Positions 1-11,246 of a DNA stretch of 56,573 nucleotides are shown one piece after another. The notes below the pieces were generated by a model. The model did no database searches, was not told the origin of the DNA, and saw only the letters and a list, made by a program, of their open reading frames with translations. Made by a program: the position numbers and the translations under genes. Each line of letters starts with the position of its first letter. The stretch's first letter is position 1. This DNA is from an uncultured Acidobacteriota bacterium (lineage in GTDB: Bacteria > Acidobacteriota > UBA6911): contig CAWHCF010000018.1 in assembly GCA_963827655.1 (NCBI GenBank), forward strand, positions 1 to 56,573, written 5' to 3'.

Positions 1-150
1 CCGCTCTCTTCGGAGATGCACGGCGGACACGCGAGCCCTTAGTGTTCTGATTGCCGCCGCCCCGGCTCTTCCTTCAGCTTGCCTGACGGGGCGCTCGAGA
101 CGTTCGGTTGAAATCATGTTGACCAACTCGGAGAATACTTTGTTGCGCAT
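1..150 (-). CDS. possible 5' part of a hypothetical protein running off the window edge (MRNKVFSELVNMISTERL...)
   Basis: ATG at 150 preceded by GAGGTG; frame open to position 1; no recognisable motif. Confidence 0.25.
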   Translation of the reverse strand, partial: MRNKVFSELVNMISTERLERPVRQAEGRAGAAAIRTLRARVSAVHLRRER

Positions 151-237
151 CACCTCTGTTTCGGTCAGGAAAAGAGCATTGCCTTTCTCTCCGCGACGGC
201 CGCGCCGCTAAAAACTAACCACCGGAGGTCTCCCCCA

Positions 238-585
238 ATGAACACTGTGAGGGTGTTATTAAAAAATGGGAAGCAACTCTCGTTTCCCAGAGCCATTACC
301 CAGGAAAAGGTTTGGAACAGACTGATAATCGTTGATGAGTTCTACAGAATTCTTGCCGACCTTCGCAACAAAGAGATCGCCAGGGTGGAATACGAGGAAG
401 TGGCAGAGGGAAAGTGGCCGGCTAACCGAAGAATTCAGAGCGTCCGCAAGGATTCCATTGTCTTTCGATCATCGCGCTGCTCCACTAACGCGGTCTTCAG
501 TTCAGGCATTGCTTCTCCGCAGGTAGTCATCGCCTGTTCTGGATCATTGTGGCAAAGGAACGCTTCGTTCGGATTGCTCCATTGA
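238..585 (+). CDS. small hypothetical protein
   Basis: GGAGG RBS ~10 nt before ATG; first ~60 aa look protein-like; 3' extent uncertain. Confidence 0.4.
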   Translation: MNTVRVLLKNGKQLSFPRAITQEKVWNRLIIVDEFYRILADLRNKEIARVEYEEVAEGKWPANRRIQSVRKDSIVFRSSRCSTNAVFSSGIASPQVVIACSGSLWQRNASFGLLH

Positions 586-1019
586 GAGATGATTTCCCGA
601 TGGCAGCAAAATGGGTGCGTTTTTTCGGGCACGATTTCACATCGCCATCTTTGTGAACGATCAAGCCTGCGCCAACGCAAACGAACGTGCCAAGTTCGGC
701 CCACCCTCTGACGCAACACCTAAAGGTCGAGGTCCCAGCGTGGCCACGTTCCCTCAGGACAAGAGCACGCCAAGTCATTCCTAGAACTGCCAGACCGACC
801 TAAGGCTGGCCGCTTTATTTCTGAGGCCATCGCCCTACCTCCTGTTTCGCTGAAGCTGGCCTTGTCCGCCCAGAAAGAGAAACGTTGCGGTGGGAAGGCT
901 CAATCAAAGAGTATGGGCGATCCCAAAACCTGTGATACGGGACGAGTTTGGGCTGAAGCTGTTGGTGAAAGACAAACGGCGCTGATCGCGTTTCCGGAAG
1001 ACGCTATAGCCATTCGCCG

Positions 1020-3149
1020 TCACTGATTCAGAGGCATTGAGTAGATCTGGCTGCGGTTGTAGATCGCGTTATAGACCAGCCGTTCGCCAACGAGATCATA
1101 GTCGACCACAGCTTTCCAACTGCGAACTCTGACCGCTGTGTTCCGCCGCACATCCAAGCGCCAAAGTCCGGCGTGATCAGCCATTGTGGGAAACCGGGAA
1201 TACCATACGCTCGCGCCATCCGCACTCCAGACCGGCCCATAACCGTCTTTGACGAGTTGGCGCGGTTTTCCCCGTCCTGGTTCGACCACCCAGACTCCAT
1301 TGCTCGCCGCGTCGGCTGAGACTATGGGGCCGCTCCACGAAAGGGCCGAGCCGCCGGGCACCCAGCGCAGCCCGGCATACTCCGCGCCTTCTGCCAGTAT
1401 CACGTCGGCGTTCTTCTCCACGTCTCGCATCACCACTTGCGGTCGCCTTTCCGGCGATGTTCGCACGACGGCGAGCCTTGGCTTGTAGGGATCAACGGCC
1501 AGCCAGTTGGCTTTGCCTGCAAACCGCGTCCAGGCGGAATCCACGCCGGTGGTCAAATTCAAGATCCGCACTTCAGTGTCTTTCGGGTCGGCCGCCGAGG
1601 GTGAAAGGTAAGCCAGCCGATCTTCATCCAGCCAGCAGGGATGACGCGCAGGCCGGTTGCTCAGCGGAGCGCTCTTCCTGGTCTTGAGATCGGTGACGTA
1701 AAGGTGGTCGCTGAAATCGGGTCGTCGCGCCACGCTGGCTACGCGCGTTCCCGAAGGAGAGAGTCTGGGCCAGTGATGATACTCGGCTTCAGTGAGGTTC
1801 TCCGCTTTGGGGTTTTCCACGCCCGCAGCCGTGACCAGATTTATCGCCTGATTGCCGTGGATGAAAATCAGCGTCTTTCCGTCCCGCGAGACGGAAGGCG
1901 TCATATAGTCTCCCACACCGCTGGTCAGTAGCTTGACTGGACCGCCAGCCAGCGACGCTTGATGGAGATGAAAAACCCCGTCGCGCCGCGCGCCGAAGAT
2001 GAGCGACCGGCTGTCGGCAGTCCAGGTCAGGCCGTAGATTGGCTGTCGCTCTGTCGTCAATTGTTTGCCTTCCGAGAACGAAGCCGGCACCACCCGGAGG
2101 TCTCCATCACTGCCTTGCAGGTCGCTGGTGGTATAGGCGATCCACTTTCCGTCCGGCGACCAGCGCGGCGTAAAGCCCATCTTGCTCACCTCACGGTGCT
2201 CGTCCAAACGTTCCATTGGGCTGATCCAGAGCGCCTTTCGGCCAGGCAGGTGCTTGGTGTAGGCCACCCATTTCCCATCCGGCGAGAAGCCCGCGCCGCT
2301 CGCTTCCGTGATGAAACGTCTGGGGAGGCCGCCCAGAATGGGAACGTTCCAGAGGTCGGGCAGACGGCTGCCATCTTCCCCGCCCCGGTAGCGCGAGAAG
2401 ACCACCTGGCTGCTGTCCGCCGTGAAAGCCGGCAGGTCTCCACTGGCGCCGAACCGGTCGGTAATCGGCATGGCATTGCCCCCGGCGGCAGGCATCAGAA
2501 AGACATCGAGCATTCCTGGCGCTCCGCCCTGGTAAGCGACGAAGAGCAGAAATTTTCCGTCGGGAGAAAACGCCGATTTGACTGCGCTGACTACGCCTGA
2601 AGAGAGTTGTCTCATCTGTCGCGGCGGCGGGGCAGCCTGAGCGAGCTGCGATTCGCGCCCCTGCCGGACGAACCAGATCAGGCTTGCGGTTAAACTCACC
2701 GCCAGGACGATCAAGCCTGCAATGAGCCAGACCGAGGGCAGCCCAATTCGTTTCGGTGCGGCAACCTGCAAGTGGGAAGCGGTCGTGGCTTTCATCTCCG
2801 CGAAGGGCAAATCCGCCGAGACCGCACCGACAAAACGATAGCCCTCGCGCGGGACCGTCTGGATAAAGCGGGGATTATCTTTGTCATCTTTCAGGACGCG
2901 GCGAATCTCGCGCACCGCATGCACCAGCGTGTCTTCAGTGACGGCAACATCTTTCCACACCGCGTCCAGCAGCGATTGTTTCTCGACTGTGCGTCCGCGA
3001 TGCTCGACCAGATGGATCAAGGTCTCAAGCGGTTTGGAAGTCAGGTGGATTCGCTCCTCGCCGCGAAACAAGGCGTGCAGATCGAGGTCCAGGGTGAACC
3101 CATCGAAGTGATACCGGCGCGGGTTTTCTTTCATTTCAGCAGGACGCAT
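1020..3149 (-). CDS. CadC/ToxR-like winged-helix DNA-binding protein with one TM helix and a TolB-like PD40 beta-propeller
   Basis: N-terminal Trans_reg_C motifs (VWKDVAVTEDTL, FIQTVPREGYRF), hydrophobic WLIAGLIVLAVSLTASLIWF, repeated FSPDGK/WSPDGK motifs. Confidence 0.9.
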   Translation of the reverse strand: MRPAEMKENPRRYHFDGFTLDLDLHALFRGEERIHLTSKPLETLIHLVEHRGRTVEKQSLLDAVWKDVAVTEDTLVHAVREIRRVLKDDKDNPRFIQTVPREGYRFVGAVSADLPFAEMKATTASHLQVAAPKRIGLPSVWLIAGLIVLAVSLTASLIWFVRQGRESQLAQAAPPPRQMRQLSSGVVSAVKSAFSPDGKFLLFVAYQGGAPGMLDVFLMPAAGGNAMPITDRFGASGDLPAFTADSSQVVFSRYRGGEDGSRLPDLWNVPILGGLPRRFITEASGAGFSPDGKWVAYTKHLPGRKALWISPMERLDEHREVSKMGFTPRWSPDGKWIAYTTSDLQGSDGDLRVVPASFSEGKQLTTERQPIYGLTWTADSRSLIFGARRDGVFHLHQASLAGGPVKLLTSGVGDYMTPSVSRDGKTLIFIHGNQAINLVTAAGVENPKAENLTEAEYHHWPRLSPSGTRVASVARRPDFSDHLYVTDLKTRKSAPLSNRPARHPCWLDEDRLAYLSPSAADPKDTEVRILNLTTGVDSAWTRFAGKANWLAVDPYKPRLAVVRTSPERRPQVVMRDVEKNADVILAEGAEYAGLRWVPGGSALSWSGPIVSADAASNGVWVVEPGRGKPRQLVKDGYGPVWSADGASVWYSRFPTMADHAGLWRLDVRRNTAVRVRSWKAVVDYDLVGERLVYNAIYNRSQIYSMPLNQ

Positions 3150-3373
3150 CTCGACTCCCGGCGTTTTTCGGCGACGCTTCGGAGTTTTTCACCAGCTTTT
3201 TCAGGACATTTCACCGATTGAACTCGTAAAGTCTGCGCGTGTTTTGACGGAATCTGCGAGGCAATCGTGCGGCGGCGATTATACGCCTTGCCGTCCCCTT
3301 AATGAAGCTGAACCGGACTGCCTTCAACGTTTGTGGCTGAACGGCTTAACTACCGGAAAGAAAGGTCAAAGTC

Positions 3374-4550
3374 ATGAACCACCTGAAAACCTCAAACGAA
3401 CAACCGTCATTCTTTCTGACGTTGCTCATTGCAGGATTGATAGTTGGCCTGATCACGATCAGAGGCTCCAGGTCTAGCCCGGCACAGGGCAACAGTGTTG
3501 GCAACCGGAAGGATGGCAAGCACCTGTTCGAGCGGGAGACATTCGGAGGCAATGGGCGCACCTGCCTGACCTGCCACAGCCGCACCACAGGAACAGTGTC
3601 TCCGCTGGACGCCCGGATGCGACACGCGGCGAATCCGAGGGATCCGCTTTTCGTACATGATGGTAGCGATGACGGGCTTGGCCACGGCGTCACGCGGATG
3701 CTCTCGGATGCAACCATCCTTATGGAAATACCTCTGCCTCCGAACGTGAGCCTGGCCGATGACCCTCGCGCCCGGTCGGTGGTCCTGAGGCGGGGTATTC
3801 CGACCACGCTCAACACGCCCGCGCTTGACCCGGTACTAATGTACGACGGGCGTGAGCGCAACCTCCAGACCCAGGCCCTGGGCGCCATTCGCGCCCACAC
3901 TCAGCATACCGAGGAACCGAGCGAAAGCGACCTCCGGCGGATCGCGCAGTTTCAGCTGACGGACGCATTCTTCACCTCGAGCGAGCTGATGCGATTCGCC
4001 CGTGGAGGTCCTGCTCCAGGGTTGCCGCAGGGCGCGACGGACTCCGAAAGGCGAGGCCGGCTCTTCTTTGAGGATGTCGGGGGCTCTGGTAGCTCGAAGC
4101 CCGGGATCTGTGCCACGTGCCACAGCGGCCCGATGCTGAACCAAACCAACCAGTTTTTCCCCCTTCCGCTGCCGCCCGGCTCGCGTTTTCAGGACGTGCT
4201 CGTGTCCGCACTGAACGCCGCCGAGAAACCCGGTGAGGGATTTTCTTTTCAGAAACCCGGACGGAACCACGACGGTCGTGAGAAGCCCCGACCCCGGGCG
4301 GGCGCTCATCACCGGGGATTCGCGTATCTTCCCCTTCGATAACGTGGACGCCTTCAAGATCCCTTCGCTCCGAGGAGTCCGCCTGACCGCGCCATACTTT
4401 CACGACAATTCCGCGAAGACGCTCGAGGACGTCGCGGCGCACTACGCAATTTTCTTTGCGATTGTCACCGACCCTTCGGTCGATGGCGACCCGGCGGTGA
4501 TCCTGACGGCGCAGGACCAGGCCGACATGGTGGCCTTCATGAGGTCCTGA
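3374..4550 (+). CDS. di-heme cytochrome c peroxidase/MauG-like protein (frameshift ~4226-4232)
   Basis: N-terminal hydrophobic segment; CLTCH and CATCH heme motifs; FKIPSLRGVRLTAPYFHDNSAKTLED tail continues in ORF 4233..4550. Confidence 0.8.
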
Positions 4551-4694
4551 GGCGCGAGCTTGAGACGTCACGTCGTCAGGGAAAGACAGAAATTTCGATC
4601 ACGATTCGCGGGCAATCGAAAATTCCGAGATGAGCCGTGATTGCCCTCGATATCTCGAGAGCGCCGAGAAAGAGGGGTGTTTGGAGGATCGAGA

Positions 4695-6283
4695 TTGCGA
4701 TGGGCAAAGACAGCCAGCAATGAATCTCGGAAACACTGGATCCTGGTGACAGCATTGGCCCTGGCATCATGGTCGGGTCTTGCGGCTCAAGAGGCTCCTT
4801 GGGAAAAAGCCACCAAAGCTGGTGATCAACTGAGCCAGCAGGGGCGCTACCCGGAAGCTGAAAAGAGCTACCTCGAGGCCTTAGCCGAGGCCGAAAAGTC
4901 AGGAGCTCAAGATCCTCGCCTGGCTAATAGTCTGAGCAATCTTGCCGCCCTGTACAGAAATCAGGGGAAATACACCGAGGCCCTGAGGCTTCTTCAGAGG
5001 GCATTGGCTATTTGGGACACGATTCCGGAAACGAATCATACCGACCTGGCCACGGTTCTAGATAACCTGGCATTCGTTTGTCTGAATCAGCGTTTGTACG
5101 ATCAGGCCGAGGCTTACTACCGCCGATCCCTGGGCATCCGTGAGAAGGCACTGGGTCCGGAACATACGGATGTGGCGATGACTCTGAGTAGTTTAGCCGC
5201 CGTGTACTCTGCCCAGGCCCGTTATAAAGAAGTGGAACCGCTCTACAAACGAGCGCTGGCCATTAATGAGAAAACCTTGGGATCGGAACATCACGAGGTT
5301 GCCAGCAGGCTCAATAACCTGGCGGTCCTCTACCACAATCAGGGTCGGTATGAAGAAGCCGAGCAAGTCTTCCTTCGGGCTCTTGCGGTGCAAGAAAAGA
5401 CTTTGGGCCTGCAGCACCCCGATTTGGCGACGACTCTCACCAACCTGGCAACACTCTACGGTGTTCGCGGAAAATACGCGTTGTCCGAACCCCTTTTCCG
5501 GCGGGCCCTGGCTATAATCGAGAAGACCCACGGGCCGCATCATCCCGAAGTCGCCATCGCTCTAAACAACCTGGCGGCGCTCTATCACGAACAGAGAAGG
5601 TATGTCGAGGCAGAGCCGCTCTTTTTGCGCGCCGCCGAGATTCGAGAAAAGGCACTGGGGGGGACAGTGTCGAGCTGGCAACAAGTCTCAGCAACCTGGC
5701 AACACTCTATGGCATTCAAGGCCGCTATGTCGACGCTGAACGGCTCTCGCGGCGATCCCTGGCCATTTACGAAAAAATTCTAGGATCAGACCACCCCGAA
5801 GTGGCCAGTATTTTGACCAATCTGGCGAACTTGTTGCAGGCGCGAAGGCAGCCCGTCAACTCTGAACTTCTCTACCGGCGCGCACTGGCCATCCGAGAAA
5901 AAGCTCTTGGTCCGAACCATCCCGACTTGACCCACAGCCTGGAGAGTCTCGCGCTGCTTCAAGAGAATCAAGGCCGGCACACGCAGGCTGAGCTGCTTCT
6001 CCGCCGATCGCTGGCTATCCGGGAAAAAGCCTTGGGCGTTGAACATCCGTGGGTAGCTCGTACTTTGTTGAAGCTGGCGGCAAGCTGCTACGCGCAGAAT
6101 CGTCACTCTGAAGCTGAATCGCTATACCGAAGGGCACTGGCCATCCTGGAAAAAACCCTTGGACCTGAGAATCCGGAATTAGCTGACTCTCTGCAGAAAC
6201 TCGCTCTCGTTCTTCGCAAAATGAAGCGAAACAAGGAAGCGATGGACGTGGAATCACATGCCCGGACGCTTCTTCAGAAGTAA
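4695..6283 (+). CDS. secreted tetratricopeptide-repeat (TPR_12-like) protein (frameshift in G7 run 5657-5663)
   Basis: GGAGG before in-frame TTG at 4695; signal-like ILVTALALASWSGLAAQE; many 42-aa RALAIREKALGPxHP repeats; reading across the G-run restores DSVELATSLSNLA and joins ORF 5801..6283. Confidence 0.85.
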
Positions 6284-6297
6284 GGCCGCTTGTCCCT

Positions 6298-6334
6298 CTT
6301 AGTGTTTCTTCGAGTCTTCGCGTCTTCGTGGTTA
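6298..6334 (-). repeat. REP-like 9-bp-periodic element (reverse orientation)
   Basis: gtgtttcttcgagtcttcgcgtcttcgtggtta is the reverse complement of the family consensus. Confidence 0.85.
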
Positions 6335-6350
6335 GAACTACTATTACCGC

Positions 6351-7682
6351 ATGCCGGTGCGGCCCATCTACAAAAGCTATCCTATCTACGCGCCCGGCAG
6401 AGAGCCGCCAGGCTATCTCGATTGGCTCAAGCAGCAGGAGCCGGAGATTGTTCCGGAGACCGTCTTTGATCCGGCTTGGCTCAAGACGGAAGCTGACTGG
6501 ATTAAGGCCGGCGAACTCGTCTTCGATGCCCTGACCACTTATGAGGGTGAGCAGGGGGGATTTGTGGCGGTGGCTGACGTGAGAAATCCGGCGTGGTACG
6601 AGCAGACGGGCACGCCCATCGCTAAAGATGGCACGATGCCTTTCGCGCGCTACGTGATCAGAAAAAAGGGAGAAGTGGTAGTAGGCAACCAATCCTGCGC
6701 GATGTGCCATATACGTGTGATGGCCGACGGGACAATCATCAAAGGGGCGCAGGGTAATTTCCCCGTTGACCGCGTGATCGTCGCCGACACGCGGGCACGC
6801 GTCTCGCTGGAACGCGCGCGCGCGGCGGCCCGGCGCCTGTTCGCCGTGCCCTGGCTACGGCCCGACTCGCAGGCGCGGATCGAGCAGATGTCCCTTGAGG
6901 AACTCGCTGCGACGCGTCGGGCGATCCCGCCCGGCGTGATGGCCCGCCACGGCACGAGTCTCTTCTCCCCCGTGCAAATACCCGACCTGATCGGCGTCAA
7001 GGAGCGCCGTTACCTGGATCGCACCGGCCTGGTACGCCATCGCGACATCGGCGATCTGATGCGTTACGCGGCGCTCAATCAGGACGCCGACGTGCTCACG
7101 CGCTATGGTGAATTCAGACCCATTGAGGTGGTCTTCGGCAGACTGCCCGAGCCGGACCGGCTCGGGCGCTACAGCGATGAGCAGCTCTACGCGTTGACGC
7201 TCTACATCTACTCGCTCAAGCCACCGCCGAATCCCAACAAGCGGACGGCGCTTGCGGTGCAAGGCGAAAAGGTGTTTCAGCGCGAGGGCTGCGCGGCGTG
7301 TCACACGCCCCCGCTCTACACCAGCAACAAACTGACTCCGGTGGAGGGATTCAAAGTGCCTGGCGATCATCGCACGCGCTTCGACATCCTGCCACTCTCG
7401 GTAGGCACTGATCCGACTCTGGCTCTAACCACCCGTCGTGGGACGGGCTACTACAAAGTTCCTTCTCTGAAAGGCGTCTGGTATCGCGGCCCGTTCGAGC
7501 ACAACGGCTCGGTAGCGACGCTTGAAGACTGGTTCGATCCGAAGCGGTTGCGCGACGACTACGTGCCGACGGGCTGGAAAGGCTATGGCGTGACAACGCG
7601 GGCGGTGAAAGGGCACGAGTTCGGGTTGAAGCTTTCGGCGGAAGACAAGCGGGCGCTGATCGCGTTTCTGAAGACGGTGTAG
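6351..7682 (+). CDS. di-heme c-type cytochrome of unknown function, probably 5'-truncated
   Basis: CAMCH and CAACH motifs; YKVPSLKGVWYRGPFEHNGSVATLEDW and GHEFG...LIAFLKT tail; no signal peptide or RBS. Confidence 0.8.
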   Translation: MPVRPIYKSYPIYAPGREPPGYLDWLKQQEPEIVPETVFDPAWLKTEADWIKAGELVFDALTTYEGEQGGFVAVADVRNPAWYEQTGTPIAKDGTMPFARYVIRKKGEVVVGNQSCAMCHIRVMADGTIIKGAQGNFPVDRVIVADTRARVSLERARAAARRLFAVPWLRPDSQARIEQMSLEELAATRRAIPPGVMARHGTSLFSPVQIPDLIGVKERRYLDRTGLVRHRDIGDLMRYAALNQDADVLTRYGEFRPIEVVFGRLPEPDRLGRYSDEQLYALTLYIYSLKPPPNPNKRTALAVQGEKVFQREGCAACHTPPLYTSNKLTPVEGFKVPGDHRTRFDILPLSVGTDPTLALTTRRGTGYYKVPSLKGVWYRGPFEHNGSVATLEDWFDPKRLRDDYVPTGWKGYGVTTRAVKGHEFGLKLSAEDKRALIAFLKTV

Positions 7683-7885
7683 AGCTCAGACCAGTATCCC
7701 GGCCGTCAGGAGGGGTGCTTCCGCAATCTACTGTTGCTGGCTCGGTCCCATCTAATTGTGTCTAAGATACTTATGTCCGATTTAGCTCAGATTAGAACTG
7801 CTGAAGTCAAATTCGTCTGTAATATCCTGCCTCATAAAGTTTTAAGTCCATCCCAGCAACACTTGATGACGGAAGCACCGCGCGA

Positions 7886-7912
7886 GCCCTAAGACACGAA
7901 GACTCGAAGAAA
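7886..7912 (+). repeat. REP-like element (forward)
   Basis: ctaagacacgaagactcgaagaaa. Confidence 0.75.
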
Positions 7913-8219
7913 AGCAAAGGACCTGGTCGTATACGCTTTGAAAGTCGCTCCCGCAAGTTGACAGTACCCCTCCGGTGAAGCCGAAGTTTGATGGCCCGGC
8001 GAGCGGATGCGCGTTTCGCGGGCTTGCTGCGAAGCCTTTCGCGTCGTAGCGCTCGCCTTGCTTTGGCGCGCTGACCCAAAGACACTATCGCGACAGAATC
8101 CTTGTCTCCAACTGCGACATTTATTAGCATAAAGACCCCCTTCGCAAACGCCTGGTGAACAGTGCGTGCGAGGCATTGCACGCCCGGACTTGGTATCCTG
8201 AGGCTCGTTCCCGCAAACC

Positions 8220-10457
8220 ATGGGACAGAAAGCTGCAGTTCCTTCATCGTTAGACATCCGCCTGCTCGGCCCATTTCAGATCGCTGTGGACGGCACGACG
8301 CTCGAAGATCGCCGATGGCCACGCCGGAAGCCGAAGATGCTGGTGAAACTTCTGGCGTTGCAGTCCCAGCATCAACTTCACCGGGAGCAGATGATGGAAC
8401 TTCTCTGGCCCGAAATCGACCCGGAATCCGCCAGCAACAACTTGCATAAGATCATTTATATGGCGAGACGGGCCCTGGAGCCCGGCCTGAAATCCGGCGC
8501 CCATTCCCGCTTCATCATCACACAGGAACAGCTGATCCTGCTGCGCGCTCCGAGTAGCCTGTGGATTGACGTGGAAGCGTTTGAACAAGGGGCGGCCGAA
8601 GCCATCCGGTGCGGGGAACCCGGAGCCTACGAGGAGGCGCTGGCCTTGTACCGGGGCGACCTGCTGACCGAGGATCTCTACGAAGAATGGTCCGCCTTCC
8701 GGCGTGGTCAACTGCGATCCTTGCGTCAAGATCTTTTGACCAAACTGGCACAACTCTATGAAAGAGACGGCCAGTACTTGCAGAGCACGAACTGTCTGAA
8801 AGAAATTCTGGCTTCGGAGCCGTCCAATGAAGACGTGCACCGTCAGTTGATGCAGCTATATGCGCGCACAGGCAACCGCCATCAGGCGTTGCGCCAGTTC
8901 CAACAGTGCTGCGAGGCAGTGCGGAAAGAACTCGATGCCGAGCCTGAGGAAACCACCCGTCAGCTCTACGACCGGATTGTCTCCGGGCAGGTCGAACCCT
9001 TAGCGCGGAGCGCGACGGAATCCGCCGGGGAACGCGGCGATTCCATCCATTCGCTCGCGGTCCTGCCTTTCGCCAACACCGGTGCCGATCCCAACCTGGA
9101 GTACCTCTGTGAAGGCATCACCGAGAGCATCATCACGAGTCTCTCGCAACTGCCCAAGCTGCGTGTAATGGCGCGAGCCTCCGTCTTCCGCTACAAGGTC
9201 CGGGAAGCAGATCCTCAAGTCGTGGGCCGGGAGCTGGCGGTGCGAGCCGTGCTCCTGGGAAGAGTCGCTCAGCTAAAGGACACTTTGAGCATCTGGACGG
9301 AGCTGGTGGACGCCCGGGATGGATCGCACTTGTGGGGCGAGCAATACCACCGCAAATTGGCCGACATCTTCGCCATCCAGGAAGGGATTTCCCAGGAGAT
9401 ATCGGAAAACCTCCGGTTGCGCTTGACCGGGGAAGAAAAGAAGCGAATGACCAAGCGCTATACAGAGAGTGCCGAAGCCTATCAGCTTTATCTGAAGGGG
9501 CGCTACCACTGGAACAAGAGGACCGGTGAAGGCCTGAAAAAAGGCATCCAGTACTTTCAGCAGGCAATCGAGAAAGACCCTGGCTACGCCCTGGCCTATA
9601 CCGGGTTAGCCGACTGCTACAACTTGCTGAGCCTTTACAGCGCGCTTCCTCCAAGGGAGGCGATGCCCAAGGCCAAAGCGGCGGCGCTGCAGGCGCTGGA
9701 GATAGACGACTCGCTGGCTGAAGCTCACAACTCACTGGCCTATGCCAAGCTGTACTACGACTGGGACTGGAACGGCGCCGAAGGGGAATTCCGGCGAGCC
9801 CTGGCGCTGAACCCGAACTACGCCATTGCTCATCATTGGTATCACGAGTATCTGGCGGCCATGGGGCGGTTCGAGGAGAGCCAGGCTCAGATCCTGCGCG
9901 CCCAGGAACTGGACCCGCTTTCCCTCATGATCAGCGCGGATGTTGGATGGGGACTCTACTTCGCACGGCGCTACGACGAGGCCCTCGAACAGCTGCGCAA
10001 GACTCTGGAGTTGGAACCTAACTTCGCCATGGCGCACTTCATCCTGGGCCTGACCTATCTGCAAAAAGGCCAGTTCCAACAGTCCGCGGCGGAACTTCAA
10101 AAGGCGATTGCCCTTTCCGGAGACAGCCCATTGACCCTGGCTCTGGGAGTGCTCGGCCACGTTTCGGCGGCATCGGGCAGGAAACACGAGGCGCACAGGA
10201 TGCTGGAGAGGCTATCGGCCCTATCCCGGCAACGTTATGTATCCTCCTATAGCCTGGCCATAATCTACACCGGACTGGGCGAGAAAGATGCGGTGTTTGC
10301 GTCGTTGCGGAAAGCGTGTGAGGAGCGCCATGACCGCCTGATTTACCTCAACGTCGAACCTATCTTCGACGGCATTCGCTCAGACCCAAGATTCCGCGAT
10401 CTGCTCCGGCCCATCGGGCTGGAGCGCAAGTCTTCGAAAGCGGCCGGAAAGTATTGA
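8220..10457 (+). CDS. SARP/BTAD-family transcriptional regulator with TolB_N-like and TPR domains
   Basis: IRLLGPFQI, ALALYRGDLL, HRQLMQLYA (BTAD); SLAVLPFAN...EGITESII (TolB_N-like); C-terminal TPRs ending DPRFRDLLR. Confidence 0.9.
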   Translation: MGQKAAVPSSLDIRLLGPFQIAVDGTTLEDRRWPRRKPKMLVKLLALQSQHQLHREQMMELLWPEIDPESASNNLHKIIYMARRALEPGLKSGAHSRFIITQEQLILLRAPSSLWIDVEAFEQGAAEAIRCGEPGAYEEALALYRGDLLTEDLYEEWSAFRRGQLRSLRQDLLTKLAQLYERDGQYLQSTNCLKEILASEPSNEDVHRQLMQLYARTGNRHQALRQFQQCCEAVRKELDAEPEETTRQLYDRIVSGQVEPLARSATESAGERGDSIHSLAVLPFANTGADPNLEYLCEGITESIITSLSQLPKLRVMARASVFRYKVREADPQVVGRELAVRAVLLGRVAQLKDTLSIWTELVDARDGSHLWGEQYHRKLADIFAIQEGISQEISENLRLRLTGEEKKRMTKRYTESAEAYQLYLKGRYHWNKRTGEGLKKGIQYFQQAIEKDPGYALAYTGLADCYNLLSLYSALPPREAMPKAKAAALQALEIDDSLAEAHNSLAYAKLYYDWDWNGAEGEFRRALALNPNYAIAHHWYHEYLAAMGRFEESQAQILRAQELDPLSLMISADVGWGLYFARRYDEALEQLRKTLELEPNFAMAHFILGLTYLQKGQFQQSAAELQKAIALSGDSPLTLALGVLGHVSAASGRKHEAHRMLERLSALSRQRYVSSYSLAIIYTGLGEKDAVFASLRKACEERHDRLIYLNVEPIFDGIRSDPRFRDLLRPIGLERKSSKAAGKY

Positions 10458-10640
10458 ATCCTTGAATCAAACAGGACCGACAGCGTTGTTTTACGCCTCG
10501 GTGTTAGAAGAGCCCGCCGGCAAGCGAGCGGGAAGATTTTGGGAAGTTGCGGCGAGGACAATGCCTGATGATCCTGATCGACTCGGAGTCGGACAGGAGC
10601 TGTGCGGCCCCCAGGATGACAACGGTTCGAGGAGTTCAAG

Positions 10641-11246
10641 ATGGCATTGTCCCAGCGATCGACTCAGCTTGGTCCTCTCGAGGCCCGCTGGATGGCTCTC
10701 ATCCAGCGGATTGCGCAGGGAGACCAGCAGGCCTTGGCGCCGCTCTACGATGAAACCAGCCGCTTCGTATATGCCCTGGCGCTGCGTATTCTGCAGGACT
10801 TCGGCCTGGCCGAGGAAGCAACCATGGACGTCTATCTTCAGATCTGGCGTCAGGCCCATTCCTATGCGCCGGCCCGCGGAAACCCTTCCGCCTGGCTGTT
10901 GAACATGGCCCGAAGCCGTGCTATCGACCTTCTGCGCCGCAAAGCCAGGAAGAAGCGGTTGGAGGAGTCGCTCGAGGCGGCTGGCTCGATGGTGGCCAGC
11001 ACCCATGACCCGGAACAGGCCAGCCTCCTGGGTGAAGAGCAGAGGCGCGCTCGGGAAGCCCTGGCTCAACTTAATCCGGAACAACGAGAGGTGATTGAGA
11101 TTGCCTACTACGCTGGTCTGAGCCATAGCGAGATTGCCGAATTGCTGGGGCTCCCGCTCGGGACGATCAAGACTCGGATTCGGTCCGGAATGATGAAGCT
11201 GCGGGAATCCTTGGTGTCGCTCGAGGAATGGGACCTCGCCAGTTGA
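10641..11246 (+). CDS. ECF sigma-70 factor (SigK-like)
   Basis: GAGGAG RBS; [12 protein letters not shown] region 2 and [23 protein letters not shown] region 4. Confidence 0.9.
   Translation: MALSQRSTQLGPLEARWMALIQRIAQGDQQALAPLYDETSRFVYALALRILQDFGLAEEATMDVYLQIWRQAHSYAPARGNPSAWLLNMARSRAIDLLRRKARKKRLEESLEAAGSMVASTHDPEQASLLGEEQRRAREALAQLNPEQREVIEIAYYAGLSHSEIAELLGLPLGTIKTRIRSGMMKLRESLVSLEEWDLAS

Noticed and set aside
420-506. Possible attC (GGCTAACCGAAGA...TCTTCAGTTCAGG)
   Set aside because: R' is not GTTRRRY, the inner L boxes do not pair convincingly and it lies within an ORF.
3374-4550. Di-heme protein as the MauG-type maturase for the SBP56/MTO enzyme
   Set aside because: It is ~44 kb away and exported, whereas the SBP56 protein has no signal peptide. 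Nothing in the sequence links them.
7751-7796. Imperfect inverted repeat containing TCTAAGATACTTATGTCCGAT, resembling a dif/res site
   Set aside because: Only 5 bp separate TAA and TTA (dif has 6), the XerD arm matches poorly and no recombinase is nearby.
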